From NCBI GenBank assembly GCA_030691545.1, contig JAUYEE010000291.1:147-64146 (forward strand): 64,000 nt of DNA, given 5' to 3'. This stretch comes from a bacterium. Its GTDB lineage: Bacteria; Auribacterota; JABMQX01. This document shows, in pieces, positions 31,473-42,104 of this stretch (its first letter is position 1; the number at the start of each line of letters is the position of its first letter). A model generated the notes under the pieces. It searched no databases, was not told the DNA's origin, and saw only the letters and a list, made by a program, of their open reading frames with translations. The position numbers were made by a program, and so were the translations under genes.

Positions 31473-31522
31473 TGAGTGCTTGTTGTTTTTGCATTTCGCG
31501 CTAACTGTGGAAAGGGAAAAGT

Positions 31523-32449
31523 ATGCAAGCTAAGATTGCGGTTTTCATGTTCCTGTCATTTTTTATTGCAGCAGAGAAAGCACCTGCGGAAGGGTCTCCG
31601 AAGGAGAGCGATATGAGCAAATCTCCGTCGCAGAATTGGCAGGTATCTCCGGAAGAACTTGACAAGCTTTGCCAGTCCAATGCGGACATTCCCCACGGGA
31701 CGATTCACACCGAGACGTTCGTCTGCAAAACAACCGGCATCACGAAGAAGTGTTGCGTCTGGACGCCGCCCGGATGCGAGAAGTCCGAGCAGAAGTATCC
31801 GGTGCTATACCTCTTGCATGGGATCGGTGACGATGAGACCGGCTGGCGAGTGAAAGGATCTGCGGACAACATCCTCGACAATTCCCTCGCAAAGGGGCGG
31901 ATGAAGCCGATGATTGTCGTCATGCCCAACGGATTCGTCAGCGGTGAAAAGCCGAACGAGCAAATCGAGGGCGGCGGAATCCCCTGGAAGCAGATGCCGG
32001 ATAGCCAGAAGTTCGATGACTATTTGATCAAGGATGTCATGCGCGTCGTGGAGGGCAAGTATCGGATTAAGGGCGACCGGGAGCACCGCGCCATCGCCGG
32101 CCTTTCGATGGGAGGCGGGCAGTCCCTCGAGGTCGGCCTGAACCACCTGGACCTTTTCTCGTCAATTGGCAACTTCAGCGGGGCCGTTCACAGGACGAAC
32201 GTGGTGGAGAAATACCCTGTCCTCAAGGACGCGAAAACTCTCGATGCCAAGCTAAAGGTGTTTTATCACGCCTGTGGGAAGAGCGACTTCCTGTACGAGC
32301 CTAACAGGAAGCTTGTGGACGACCTTACCAAGGGGGGCGTCCGACATATTTATCGGGAAATGGAAGGCGGACACATCTGGCCCGTCTGGAAACAGTGCCT
32401 CGCCGAAATCCTGCCGCTCATTTCCGAAGCGATGCAAGAAGCCAAGTAG
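31523..32449 (+). CDS. Putative esterase (enterochelin esterase / CE1-like alpha/beta hydrolase)
   Basis: 'YPVLYLLHGIG', 'PMIVVMPNG', nucleophile 'GLSMGG', 'GGHIW'. Confidence 0.9.
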   Translation: MQAKIAVFMFLSFFIAAEKAPAEGSPKESDMSKSPSQNWQVSPEELDKLCQSNADIPHGTIHTETFVCKTTGITKKCCVWTPPGCEKSEQKYPVLYLLHGIGDDETGWRVKGSADNILDNSLAKGRMKPMIVVMPNGFVSGEKPNEQIEGGGIPWKQMPDSQKFDDYLIKDVMRVVEGKYRIKGDREHRAIAGLSMGGGQSLEVGLNHLDLFSSIGNFSGAVHRTNVVEKYPVLKDAKTLDAKLKVFYHACGKSDFLYEPNRKLVDDLTKGGVRHIYREMEGGHIWPVWKQCLAEILPLISEAMQEAK

Positions 32450-32594
32450 CCTGCGCATACTGAGAACGCAATCCCCGATGCAGTCGCTCAGTGGCGCCGA
32501 AACGCGAGTGGGCCGTCTTCGGCGCCCTTCAGACCCAATCGAGAAAACAGAAAGGCTCGCGAAGCAATCGTAGGGAAAGGTCTCAGAAACACCT

Positions 32595-33248
32595 TCAACC
32601 ACACACGTCGAGGGCGAACGCTTTCAGCTCGCTGAAAACCTCACTGTTCCACGGCCAAACCTTAGCATGAGCGGCCTCGCCGAGGCGCTTCCAGAGCTTT
32701 TCTCTCGAGGCAAGGAAAACGCGAACCATAGCCTTGGACAAGTTCTCTGGTTCCGGAACGCCTTCATCCTTCAAGCAGTCGAAATACGCCTCGACACATC
32801 GCATGGCCTTGTCATCCTTGACGGATGCCAGGCACAGGTCCTCCATGATTCCGGGCCTGCCCTGCCCCGGCAAAATCATCACTCGCACACAGGGCGACTC
32901 GCCTTCCGATTGCAGGGGCTTTGCCGGAACAGGCAACTCTGCCTCCTCCAGAGCGCGCTGGATGCTGCTGAACGCCCCCTTGGGATCTCTATCGGCGTCC
33001 CGAACCACGCCAAGGGACCGCACTTTTCCCACAAATCCTGCTTCTTTGGCCAGCGCACCCAACTGTCTCCTGATCTCCCCTTTCCCCCCGAGGTTCCAAA
33101 TGTCAACATCACCGGTTACACCCAGGCGCGTCAGGAACGGCTCGAAGAAGTGTGCCTGGTCCATCCCCTCGACCGCGAAAACGACCGGCGCCAGTATCTG
33201 CAGTCGCTCAGCGGGCCGAGCCAGCGGATTCATGATCCGGATTGCCAC
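32595..33248 (-). CDS. DUF3226-like (TOPRIM-like) protein
   Basis: 'FAVEGMD', 'LGVVRDAD', 'ILPG...GIMEDLCL'. The GTG start overlaps the TAG stop of the upstream ATPase. Confidence 0.75.
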   Translation of the reverse strand: MAIRIMNPLARPAERLQILAPVVFAVEGMDQAHFFEPFLTRLGVTGDVDIWNLGGKGEIRRQLGALAKEAGFVGKVRSLGVVRDADRDPKGAFSSIQRALEEAELPVPAKPLQSEGESPCVRVMILPGQGRPGIMEDLCLASVKDDKAMRCVEAYFDCLKDEGVPEPENLSKAMVRVFLASREKLWKRLGEAAHAKVWPWNSEVFSELKAFALDVCG

Positions 33249-34384
33249 TATCTGACCTCCACGCCGCTCTCCGCTGCCGCCGCCAACGTTTCCCGGTCGT
33301 ATGTTATCGCTCGCAGCTTTTCTGCTACCCTTTGGAGGCGGAGATATTGAAAGTCGTAGGGTTTCATCCCGTGGAAGGCTCTCTGCGCTGCGACGATGCA
33401 TTCCCAGGAATGCGTCGTGGCAAAGATCTGGGTGTTGAACTCCCCCGCCATCTCCGCAACAGCCAGCCACACCTTCTCGAGCACGGAATGGTGTAAGCCA
33501 TTCTCTACCTCATCCAAGAGCGCCACGCCGCCTTCCGCGTTACCGATGCTCACACCAAGGTGGACGAGGCGCATAATCCCGTCACCCATAAGGTTCACTG
33601 GCATTAGACGGGGAAGTCCTACATCCCCGTGCAGAACCGGCTGACCGGGCGTGCGCATCACCATCGTCACACGTCTTAGCCGAGGTTCAATGAGCTTCAA
33701 GAGCTCCACGAGGACTTGCTGCCTTCCCCGGACCTCGAGGTTCCCGAACCGCTCGGCAAAATCCTGCGGAGATGCCGGAAGACGGTCCGAAACAAAGATC
33801 GTCTGGAAGGAGGGCGGCTGCGGGATCACAGGCTCGAAGCGAACACCGGTGTGATCCAATACGACCGTGTGCTTGCCGCGATTTCCGTTCTCCTCGTATT
33901 CGAGCTCAAGCGCCTGAGCTGCCTCGGACGACAACGGCACAGTCACCGTTTTCGGGCCTCGGGCAGTGCCCCTATCCTGTTCTGATTCCGCATCGCCCGC
34001 GGAACGAGGCATCATCTCGAGGGCGCGGAGCACGGCGGCAGGCAACGATCTCAGGCGGAGGATACGTTGGCCCCTCCCCTTGATCGAACCGGCAATCTCC
34101 ACCGTTTTTGAGGTGTCAAACTCAGTGAATAAGGAGTCCCATATCCGCTCAACCGAGGGGTGAGTGGGCAACTTTATCGTTTGCATCCCTCTGAACGCAT
34201 TGACGCGCAAGGCCAGCTCGGCACTATACCCCCCTGAGTGCAGAAATACTGCTTCCAGCAACGTTGTTTTCCCAACACCGTTCAATCCAGCGATGAGATT
34301 GACGCGCTTCAACCGCTTGAGCGAAAGCTCAGACAAGCACCGAAAGTTGCGTACCTGAAAAGACGTATACATGGTTCCCACCAT
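33248..34384 (-). CDS. AAA_15/AAA_21-type ABC-like ATPase
   Basis: 'VRNFRCL', Walker A 'GLNGVGKT', signature-like 'MGDG', Walker B 'LLDEVENGLH', 'FATTHS'. Confidence 0.9.
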   Translation of the reverse strand: MVGTMYTSFQVRNFRCLSELSLKRLKRVNLIAGLNGVGKTTLLEAVFLHSGGYSAELALRVNAFRGMQTIKLPTHPSVERIWDSLFTEFDTSKTVEIAGSIKGRGQRILRLRSLPAAVLRALEMMPRSAGDAESEQDRGTARGPKTVTVPLSSEAAQALELEYEENGNRGKHTVVLDHTGVRFEPVIPQPPSFQTIFVSDRLPASPQDFAERFGNLEVRGRQQVLVELLKLIEPRLRRVTMVMRTPGQPVLHGDVGLPRLMPVNLMGDGIMRLVHLGVSIGNAEGGVALLDEVENGLHHSVLEKVWLAVAEMAGEFNTQIFATTHSWECIVAAQRAFHGMKPYDFQYLRLQRVAEKLRAITYDRETLAAAAESGVEVR

Positions 34385-34658
34385 CCCGCTGTTTCACTGG
34401 TCTGAGGGAGCCCGAGCGGCCCCCTGTGTCCTTAAGACTGTCTTTTGCTTATACTACCACACGTGGCCGCCACGTTCCAACACCAAAGCCTCTTTAACCC
34501 CGCCAGCTCGTTACTGCCCATCCTCAACCTTGTGGCACGGTACTACCTTTCAGCCCCCGACACCAGGATCCGCCGCTCGGCTCCGGGAGTCGGGAATAGC
34601 CGGGTCGGAACGGGGTTGGGGCGGAGGGCCTCCGACATGCCAGGAGCCTCGCGGGCCG

Positions 34659-34964
34659 TTATCGGGGACGCTTGAAGATGTACTCGTATTTGATGTTCGG
34701 CGTCATTCCGCTTTCGAGGAGCGCTTTCAGACGCAGCCCGAACGTCTCGACGACCCTGCTAATGTGAACCAGTTCCCACCCCTCGGAGCCGAGCTTGTTC
34801 ATCTGACCCTCCCAGTCATAATCGTACACCTCGACGATGGTGTATTCCCACTGCGTTCTTGCGGGGCGGTCTGACTCCTGGGCGGCACGGAGATTCCAGA
34901 CCAAGAGACCGAGCAGGACGCAGGCCCCCGCCAAAATCACTTTCGTTCCCGTGTTCATTTTCAC
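34659..34964 (-). CDS. Small exported DUF4177-like protein
   Basis: Signal or TM segment, then 'QWEYTIV...MNKLGSEGWELV...YIFKRP'. GGAGG RBS. Confidence 0.8.
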   Translation of the reverse strand: MKMNTGTKVILAGACVLLGLLVWNLRAAQESDRPARTQWEYTIVEVYDYDWEGQMNKLGSEGWELVHISRVVETFGLRLKALLESGMTPNIKYEYIFKRPR

Positions 34965-35005
34965 TTGCGTACCTCCTGTAATCCACCGAGACGAGCCGCT
35001 GACCG

Positions 35006-37051
35006 CTACAGCTTGTTGCCGTCCGCGGGCGGCTCTTCTTTCAGGCGAAACGTGGGTATCGCCGGTTCCGCGAGAGGCCCCTGGCGAAGCATGTCCAACA
35101 TCGTGTCGGAGAGGTAGTCGTAGCAGAAGAAAGAGAAGCCCTGAATGCCCAAAGACCGGATCATACTGAGTTGCTCCAGGACGAGCGACGGATCGCGCGA
35201 GCTTGCCTTGCCACCTGAGCGGACGTAGATGGAAAGGCCGGTAGCCAGTTTGCTGTCGTCTTTCATGGCGTCGAGGAAGCTCTGCTCGTTCTTCCGAAGC
35301 TCGAACGTGTCCATCGTATAATCCATGGGCAGCACAACGTCAATGTAGCCGGCATCGGCCCACTGAGGAGCGTTCTGGCCCTGGCGGGCGCCGTTTTCGA
35401 GGTTGGCGAAGACCGCCGCGGACATGATGATTCCCTTGCGGATCTTCCGTGCTTGTTCGGATACGTCGCGAACGATTTTCGTCACAGTCTCCTGGTTCCA
35501 CTTCGTCCATTCTTCATCCGTCGCCTCTTCAATGTCGTGGCCGAAGTGCTTCCTGAAGCCCTCGCGGCATCGCTGGCAGTAACAATCGGTCATCGTGCGG
35601 ATGTAGTCGAAGTGGAGTCCGTCCACATCGTAGTTCCGCGCCACGTCCACCATGATGTCCACGTTGAACTTCTGATAGTCAGGGTTGTGGAGGTCGGCGG
35701 GGACCTGCGACGCCACGGTCGCAAAAGGTTTTCCATCTTTGCCGACGACCGCGAACTGAGGATAGCGCTCAAAGCCCGGGCCGTGGCTCTCTCCCTGCTT
35801 GGCGCCAAAGTAGGCGTTGCAGAACCAGGGGTGCACCTCCAGCCCCGCCGCGTGACATTGCTTGATAAGATAAGCGAGCGGGTCAAACCCCGTGGGCACC
35901 TCCCTCTCCATCGGCAACTTGTCCGTCTTGAACGTCACATAGCCCCGGACGTACACAATCGGAATGACCACATTAAGGTTGGCGTTCTTGATCCGCGGAA
36001 TCATCGCGTCGGTGGCTTCGGGCGTGGCGTAGTCGCGGACGTGAACCCAGATTGCCCGCGTCTCGATGATTTTGCCGTCGGCTGAGCGGCGAAGCTTCGA
36101 CTCAAAAAAGCCTGAAACCGAAGGAATCCGTTCCACTTCGCCATATCCGTAAGGAATCCTCGCCGTCACCATCCGCCCCGCCGGCCCCATCGGCGTCTGT
36201 GCCAACACTTTTGCCTCGAGATTCAGGGCATCAACGGGCGCAGTCGTTTTCGGCAACGTGCCTTTGTAGAATCCCGTCGGCGAGCTCATGAAATCATAAA
36301 CTGGCTCGAGCGCGATAGCAGCGAGTCTCTTGCCCTCGGACTCTGGCTGCGCGGTTATTTGCGCCCGAGAGACAGGAAACACGTCTCCATCCGCGTCCTT
36401 CACGGAAAGGCGCACGAGAAAAGGTTCGCTCGGTCGCCACGTCGAGGCGAACTCATCGAGAGTCAACGCGAAGTCGGTCAGATTTGCCAGAGTAAACGAC
36501 AGCTCTCGCTTGACTTCCGGCGAGTGCCAGAACGGATTCGGGTCACAAACGTCGAGCCAGACATTGGTCTGTGCGTCAACGATGAGAAAGTAGGAACGGC
36601 TGCGGATGCCGCAGAGCCCCTTTTTCAGCGACGGCCCGCGCGAGAGGTCAACCGTGAACCCATTTGCCTGCGCCTCTGCCTGACCGCGTTTCCGCAGGTC
36701 TATTCCTTCGCGGCTGTGGAGGCGGGAGATGTCCCCGGTCGTGTAGTTGTACAAAGACCAGTATTCCGAGCCGAGCCGCGAATCTAAGAGAATCGGCGCC
36801 GGCTGGAGAACCTCATACGAAATCTCAATCTTGGCGGGAATCTTCTCGGCGTCCTCAAAATGAACGATGGAGGTCGGCATCGTAACCGACAGAAACTTCA
36901 CTCGCCCTCCGCCACGGTAAGGCGACCGTCCCTCGACTCCTCTCCCGACGACTTCGAGCACGGCGGAATTTTGCGGCGAGGCGGGTGCGGCGTGGAAAAG
37001 CATTGCAGCAACAGACAGAGTCGCAACTCTTGCACGTGTCATGAAGGGCAT
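35006..37051 (-). CDS. Secreted glycosyl hydrolase-like 10 (GHL10/DUF187) protein with N-terminal extension
   Basis: 'ETRAIWV', 'FDPLAYLIKQCHAAGLEVHPW', 'YDVDGLHFDYIR', 'VLPMDY'. Signal peptide and AGGAGG RBS. Confidence 0.85.
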   Translation of the reverse strand: MPFMTRARVATLSVAAMLFHAAPASPQNSAVLEVVGRGVEGRSPYRGGGRVKFLSVTMPTSIVHFEDAEKIPAKIEISYEVLQPAPILLDSRLGSEYWSLYNYTTGDISRLHSREGIDLRKRGQAEAQANGFTVDLSRGPSLKKGLCGIRSRSYFLIVDAQTNVWLDVCDPNPFWHSPEVKRELSFTLANLTDFALTLDEFASTWRPSEPFLVRLSVKDADGDVFPVSRAQITAQPESEGKRLAAIALEPVYDFMSSPTGFYKGTLPKTTAPVDALNLEAKVLAQTPMGPAGRMVTARIPYGYGEVERIPSVSGFFESKLRRSADGKIIETRAIWVHVRDYATPEATDAMIPRIKNANLNVVIPIVYVRGYVTFKTDKLPMEREVPTGFDPLAYLIKQCHAAGLEVHPWFCNAYFGAKQGESHGPGFERYPQFAVVGKDGKPFATVASQVPADLHNPDYQKFNVDIMVDVARNYDVDGLHFDYIRTMTDCYCQRCREGFRKHFGHDIEEATDEEWTKWNQETVTKIVRDVSEQARKIRKGIIMSAAVFANLENGARQGQNAPQWADAGYIDVVLPMDYTMDTFELRKNEQSFLDAMKDDSKLATGLSIYVRSGGKASSRDPSLVLEQLSMIRSLGIQGFSFFCYDYLSDTMLDMLRQGPLAEPAIPTFRLKEEPPADGNKL

Positions 37052-37147
37052 GCTGTCCTCCTTTCAAGCGTGTACTCCGGAGATGGGATATTCCTCACCC
37101 GCGTACTATCTGTGCATCGCCCGCCGATGTCAAGCCCAGCCGCAGGA

Positions 37148-37269
37148 AGGGTGCCGCCCTATTGTGGGGGCATCGTATTATTTCGCCCTTTCGGGGCTTG
37201 GATGTTTCGGTTTGACCGGGTCCCCAAGGCGTCGCCCTGGGCTATGTTATTTCGCCCTTTCAGGGCTTA
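37148..37269 (-). repeat. Palindromic element copy (GCCC[CT]GAAAGGGC / CCCAGGGC.ACGCC family)
   Basis: Two TATTTCGCCCTTTC[GA]GGGCTT units flank CCCAAGGCGTCGCCCTGGG. The tail resembles 43645-43689 in reverse orientation. Confidence 0.8.
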
Positions 37270-37299
37270 GCTTCGAAGATCATGCCAAGCACCAACCGG

Positions 37300-37425
37300 T
37301 CCCGCCAAAGGCGGGATGCCACTCCCTCCCCGCCGGGCTTCAGCCGGCGCCCATCCTTAGCCACGGGCTTTAGTCCGTGGTATTCTGACGCCGCAGGTTT
37401 CTGCCTGAGCAGGCTTCAGCCTGGC
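37300..37425. repeat. REP-like palindrome cluster
   Basis: CCCGCCaaaGGCGGG, GGGCTTCAGCC, CCACGGGCTTTAGTCCGTGG and CAGGCTTCAGCCTG hairpins, related to 18552-18713. Confidence 0.7.
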
Positions 37426-37491
37426 TTCTCGATGAGGGGATTCATCCATACCCCTCATACGTGGCCACACCCCGCACGCCGTGCATGGGCA

Positions 37492-37520
37492 TTGACAGCG
37501 GTCTGTGCCGGAATTATGCT
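37492..37520 (+). promoter_or_regulatory. Sigma70-type promoter for uvrB
   Basis: TTGACA (37492-37497), 17 nt, TATGCT (37515-37520). Confidence 0.7.
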
Positions 37521-37558
37521 TCTATGGGAGAGAGAAGGAGAGGAGGTTGCTCTGCTCA

Positions 37559-39553
37559 GTGAGTGAATTTGAGATTGTGACAGGTTTTGTGCCGAAGGGC
37601 GATCAACCCAAGGCCATTGGCGAGTTGACGGAAGGCGTCCTCGCGGGAAGAAAAGCCCAGGTTCTTCTCGGAGTGACCGGTTCCGGCAAGACGTTCACGA
37701 TGGCCCACGTCATCGCCAATACGCAGAAGCCGACCCTCGTCATCGCCCACAACAAGACCCTTGCCGCTCAGCTCTACAGCGAGTTCAAGCAGCTTTTCCC
37801 TCACAACGCCGTGGAGTATTTCGTCAGTTACTACGATTATTACCAGCCGGAAGCGTACATCCCGCAGACGGACACGTACATCGCTAAGGACGCCTCCATC
37901 AACGAGAACATTGACAAGCTCCGCCATTCGGCGACGCGGTCGCTGCTGGAGAGAAGGGATGTCATCATTGTCGCGAGTGTCTCGTGCATCTTTGCCCTCG
38001 GCTCGCCGGAAGCCTACCGGGCGATGACGATCCCGCTGGAAACCGGCGGAACGTTTTCCCGCGAGAGGCTGCTTGACGACTTGGTGAGGATTCAATACCA
38101 GCGGAACGATGTTGATTTTCACCGTGGGACATTTCGCGTGAGGGGCGATGTGGTCGAGATTTTCCCCGCGTACGAGGGGGAGATGGCCGTTCGGGTGGAA
38201 TTCTACGGCGACGAGATTGAGGGCATTTCCGAGATTGATCCGCTGCGCGGGAAAGCCCGTCGGAAGCTCGATAGCGTGACAATCTACCCCGGCAGCCACT
38301 ATGTCACTTCGGAGATAACCATGCAGGAAGCCCTCGAGACCATCCGCGAGGAGTTGAAGGAGAGGCTGGAGTTTTTCCAGAAACGAAATTGCCTTCTCGA
38401 GATGCAGCGGCTGGAGCAGCGGACGAACTACGACCTGGAGTTGATGGCGGAGCTGGGCTATTGTCCGGGCATCGAGAACTATTCCCGCCATTTCACGGGG
38501 CGGAAGCCGGGGGAACCGCCGCCGACTCTGATTGACTATTTTCCGCGAGACTTTCTTCTCTTCATGGACGAGAGCCACGTGTCGGTTCCGCAGCTCAGGG
38601 GAATGTATCGCGGAGACCGGTCTCGCAAAGAGACGCTCATCGAGCACGGTTTCCGTCTGCCATCGGCTCTGGACAATCGCCCCCTGCGCCATGAGGAGTT
38701 CGATAAACTGGTCAACCAGGTCGTCTTCGTCTCGGCGACTCCGGACGAATTCGAGATCGAGCGGGCGGGCGGGATCGTGACGGAGCAGCTCGTTCGCCCG
38801 ACAGGGCTGATTGATCCGGAGGTCGAACTGCGACCCGCGTCGCAGCAGGTGGACGACCTCCTCGAGGAAATTCGCAAAAGGGTGGCAGCGGGGCAGCGGG
38901 TGCTCGTCACGACGCTGACCAAGAGAATGGCGGAGGACCTCACGGAGTACTATCTCGATCTTGGGGTGAAGGTGAAATACCTCCACGCGGATGTGGAGAC
39001 GCTCAAGCGGGTGGAAATCATCCGAGACCTGAGGCAGGGGGTGTTTGACGTGCTAATCGGCATCAATTTGCTGAGGGAAGGACTCGACATCCCCGAGGTG
39101 TCCCTGGTGGCCATTCTCGACGCGGACAAGGAGGGATTCCTGCGGTCGCGCATTTCACTGATTCAGACGATTGGGCGGGCGTCGAGAAATCTGGATGGCA
39201 AGGTCATCCTGTACTCCGACAGGGTTACGGACTCCATCCGCGCGGCCATGGAAGAGACGAACCGCCGTAGGGAAGTCCAGAAGGAGCACAACCGCAAGCA
39301 TCACATCACGCCCGAGAGCGTCCGAAAAGAGATTACCAATATTCTCGCGTCGGTCTATGAGGCGGATTACGTGACAGTGCCGCTCGTCGCCGAGGAGATT
39401 GTGAAATACTCCTCGCCGGACGAATTGCGGGCAACGATCAAACAGCTTCGGAAGGAAATGGTCCGCGCCGCCAAAGAGCTTCGCTTCGAGGACGCCGCTC
39501 GACTCCGCGACCAGGTTAAAGAACTGGAAGAGGTCGAAGTAACCTACTTGTGA
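37559..39553 (+). CDS. uvrB: Excinuclease ABC subunit B
   Basis: '[10 protein letters not shown]', '[11 protein letters not shown]', '[13 protein letters not shown]', '[14 protein letters not shown]', C-terminal UVR motif 'FEDAARLRD'. Confidence 0.98.
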   Translation: MSEFEIVTGFVPKGDQPKAIGELTEGVLAGRKAQVLLGVTGSGKTFTMAHVIANTQKPTLVIAHNKTLAAQLYSEFKQLFPHNAVEYFVSYYDYYQPEAYIPQTDTYIAKDASINENIDKLRHSATRSLLERRDVIIVASVSCIFALGSPEAYRAMTIPLETGGTFSRERLLDDLVRIQYQRNDVDFHRGTFRVRGDVVEIFPAYEGEMAVRVEFYGDEIEGISEIDPLRGKARRKLDSVTIYPGSHYVTSEITMQEALETIREELKERLEFFQKRNCLLEMQRLEQRTNYDLELMAELGYCPGIENYSRHFTGRKPGEPPPTLIDYFPRDFLLFMDESHVSVPQLRGMYRGDRSRKETLIEHGFRLPSALDNRPLRHEEFDKLVNQVVFVSATPDEFEIERAGGIVTEQLVRPTGLIDPEVELRPASQQVDDLLEEIRKRVAAGQRVLVTTLTKRMAEDLTEYYLDLGVKVKYLHADVETLKRVEIIRDLRQGVFDVLIGINLLREGLDIPEVSLVAILDADKEGFLRSRISLIQTIGRASRNLDGKVILYSDRVTDSIRAAMEETNRRREVQKEHNRKHHITPESVRKEITNILASVYEADYVTVPLVAEEIVKYSSPDELRATIKQLRKEMVRAAKELRFEDAARLRDQVKELEEVEVTYL

Positions 39554-39793
39554 CCAGCAGAGGCGCGTTCTGGCCTTTATCGGAACCACTCGCTTGGCCC
39601 GATTGCGATCCTGGCCCACCGTGTCCCGGTGGTGGGTGTTCCGGGGGCATCAGCAATTGCGGGTGCATTTGACCCCTTGCGTGGCGGCGGAAGATGTGGT
39701 ACAAAACAATTGTTCTGCGCCTGGTGACGCGGGAGGAGCAAAATTCCTCGCCAAGTCAATTCAGCAATCCCTATTTGGAGGGAGGTGTCGAAA

Positions 39794-41949
39794 ATGGGGA
39801 AGATACCTGTTGCTATCTGGCTCGCACTCCTTACCAGCATTCCAATTCTCCCTGCCGCCGAGGAATCTTTGCGAATCGAATGGATTCTCGGAGAGGTCGG
39901 ACCCGAGTTGTGGACGATCACCCCGTCAAGTCCCACGGTCGAGGATGTCATTCATTTCAGCGGCCCGACCGGGGTCCATAGCAACTCCTGCTACGCCGAA
40001 GTGTTCGCCGGAGGCTCCCCGGCACTCTCGATCGCCCCGGCCAAAAACACCGTTGCGCTCTGGTTTCAGCCGCCGCCTCCCGAGGGGTGCTACGACATCT
40101 ACTACCCGGTCTGCGGGCTGGAGGGAGAGTTTGGCCCGCTGAGCGAAGGAGATTGGTTGTTCTTCTGCGACAACCGTATCGCCCACTTCTCCATCCCGTT
40201 CCACGTGAGCGCCATTCCAACTTACGTCCTCAATGTCAAGGTCGTCGGCGACGGTTCCGTGTCTCTGGACCCGTGGCCTCCCTACCGAACGGGCGACAAA
40301 GTCACCTTGCTGGCGGAGCCGCATTCGGGCTGGAGTTTCTTAAAATGGAGCGGCGACGTGGCGCCGGAAAGCGAGACCGATAACCCTCTCACGCTGACCG
40401 TGGATGGCGATAGGGCGGTCACCGCAATTTTCTCTCGCCTTCCTCGTCCGCTTTCCGTGCCTCAGGATTACTCGACGATTCAAGCGGCGATAGACGCCGC
40501 CCCGGAAGGCGACACAATCGCCGTTTCGCCGGGGACCCACGTCGAGAACATCAGTTTTGGCGGCAAAAACGTCGTCCTGTGCTCGACTGATCCGACGAAT
40601 CCCGAAGTCGTGGCAGCCACAACCATTGATGGCAACCAGGCTGGGTCCGTTGTCACCTTTGCAGGCACAGAAAACGAGAGTTGCGTCCTCACAGGTTTCA
40701 CTATCCGCAACGGCAAGGCCCGTCACGGCGCCGGAATTTGCGGTGGAACGTGGGACCTGCATGCTCACGCGACGATTCGCGGCAACGTCATAGCATCAAA
40801 CTGGGCAGGGGGAGATGAATGGCCTCACGGCGCCGGCGGCGGGCTGGTTTACTGCGACGGCTTGATAGAAAACAACCTTGTCACCGCGAACCGCGCAAGC
40901 AGCTCCCCGCGCTCCTCACAGCCAACCGGCGGAGGGGGACTCCATGCGTGCAACGGCGAAATCAGGGATAACATCATCTCCAACAACCGCTCGGAGGCTT
41001 TCGGGGAAGGCGGCGGGCTCTGTACATGCACCGGCGTCATTCACGACAACGTCATCACGGGTAACGCGGCAAACCATGGGGGCGGCCTTTACGGTTGTGA
41101 CGGTATTGTATCCAACAACCAGATCATCGGGAACACAGCGCTGCGGGGGGGGGCCTGTTTGAGTGCGAGGGCACGATTCGGGGCAACACGATAATCGGGA
41201 ACTTGGCGACCTATGATGGCGGGGCGATATGCTTTTTCCATCTCGTCGCGCAGGATACGTCGCGCATGAGATTCGCGGAAGGTGAGGGCGCGGCGCTTGC
41301 GCCGGCAGCGAGCATCGAGAACTGCACAATCGTCGGTAATTCCGCCGGTCGGTTCGGCGGTGGCGTGGCTTATTGTTACTATCCGATGTACAACTGCATC
41401 ATCTGGGGAAACAGCTCCCCGGATGGCGCGCAGCTTTTTAGCTCGAGCGCCCCAACATATTCGTGCATTCAGGACTGGACCGAAGGCGGCGAGGGGAATA
41501 TCTCCGACGATCCCCGGTTTGTGGACCCCGACGGCCCGGACAACGACCCTGAGGCTTACGCGGACAACGACTATCGCCTTTCACCCGATTCCCCGTGCAT
41601 TGACGCCGGCTTCAACGATCCGCAGCTTCCCGAGACGGACATTGCCGGGATGCCGAGGGTTCTGTTCGGCGGAAAGAGCACTACGGCGGACATGGGAGCC
41701 TACGAATACTATGTCAACAAAGTGGAGGCGTCTCCGACCGCCGACCAAATCATCCTGACGTGGAGTTCCGTTGCCAAGAAGATGTATTCGGTCCTCTTTT
41801 CCGACGACCTGATCGCCTGGCGTCCCGCTGCCGACGGCCTGTACTCCGCTGGCAACCAGACGACCTCCTGGACCGACGACGGCACTCTCACCGGCGTCCC
41901 GCCACAGCTTGTTCCCCACCGCTTCTACCGAATCCTCCACACTCAGTGA
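39794..41949 (+). pseudogene. Secreted right-handed beta-helix protein with C-terminal RFYR domain, frameshifted at a G9 tract
   Basis: ORF 39785-41194 loses sense after 'GNTALRGG'. One extra G at 41145-41153 restores 'GGGLFECEGTIRGNTIIGNLATYDGG' and joins it to ORF 41203-41949. Paralog of 54440-55987. Confidence 0.8.
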
Positions 41950-42104
41950 GTAGGGCGATGTCCCGTGCTGTCAGAATGTCCTCGGCTCCGTGACCAGATC
42001 AAAAAACCGGAGAAGGTCGAAGTCGCTTACGGTTAGCCTGCCCGGGAGCGTTGCATAACGGGCACGTCTCGGGGGGAGTTCCGCGCGCGACTTGGCGCCC
42101 ATTC

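Noticed and set aside
26912..34964. Possible genomic island integrated at tRNA-Asn
   Set aside because: No integrase and no repeat of the tRNA 3' end seen. The next gene is a core metabolic enzyme.
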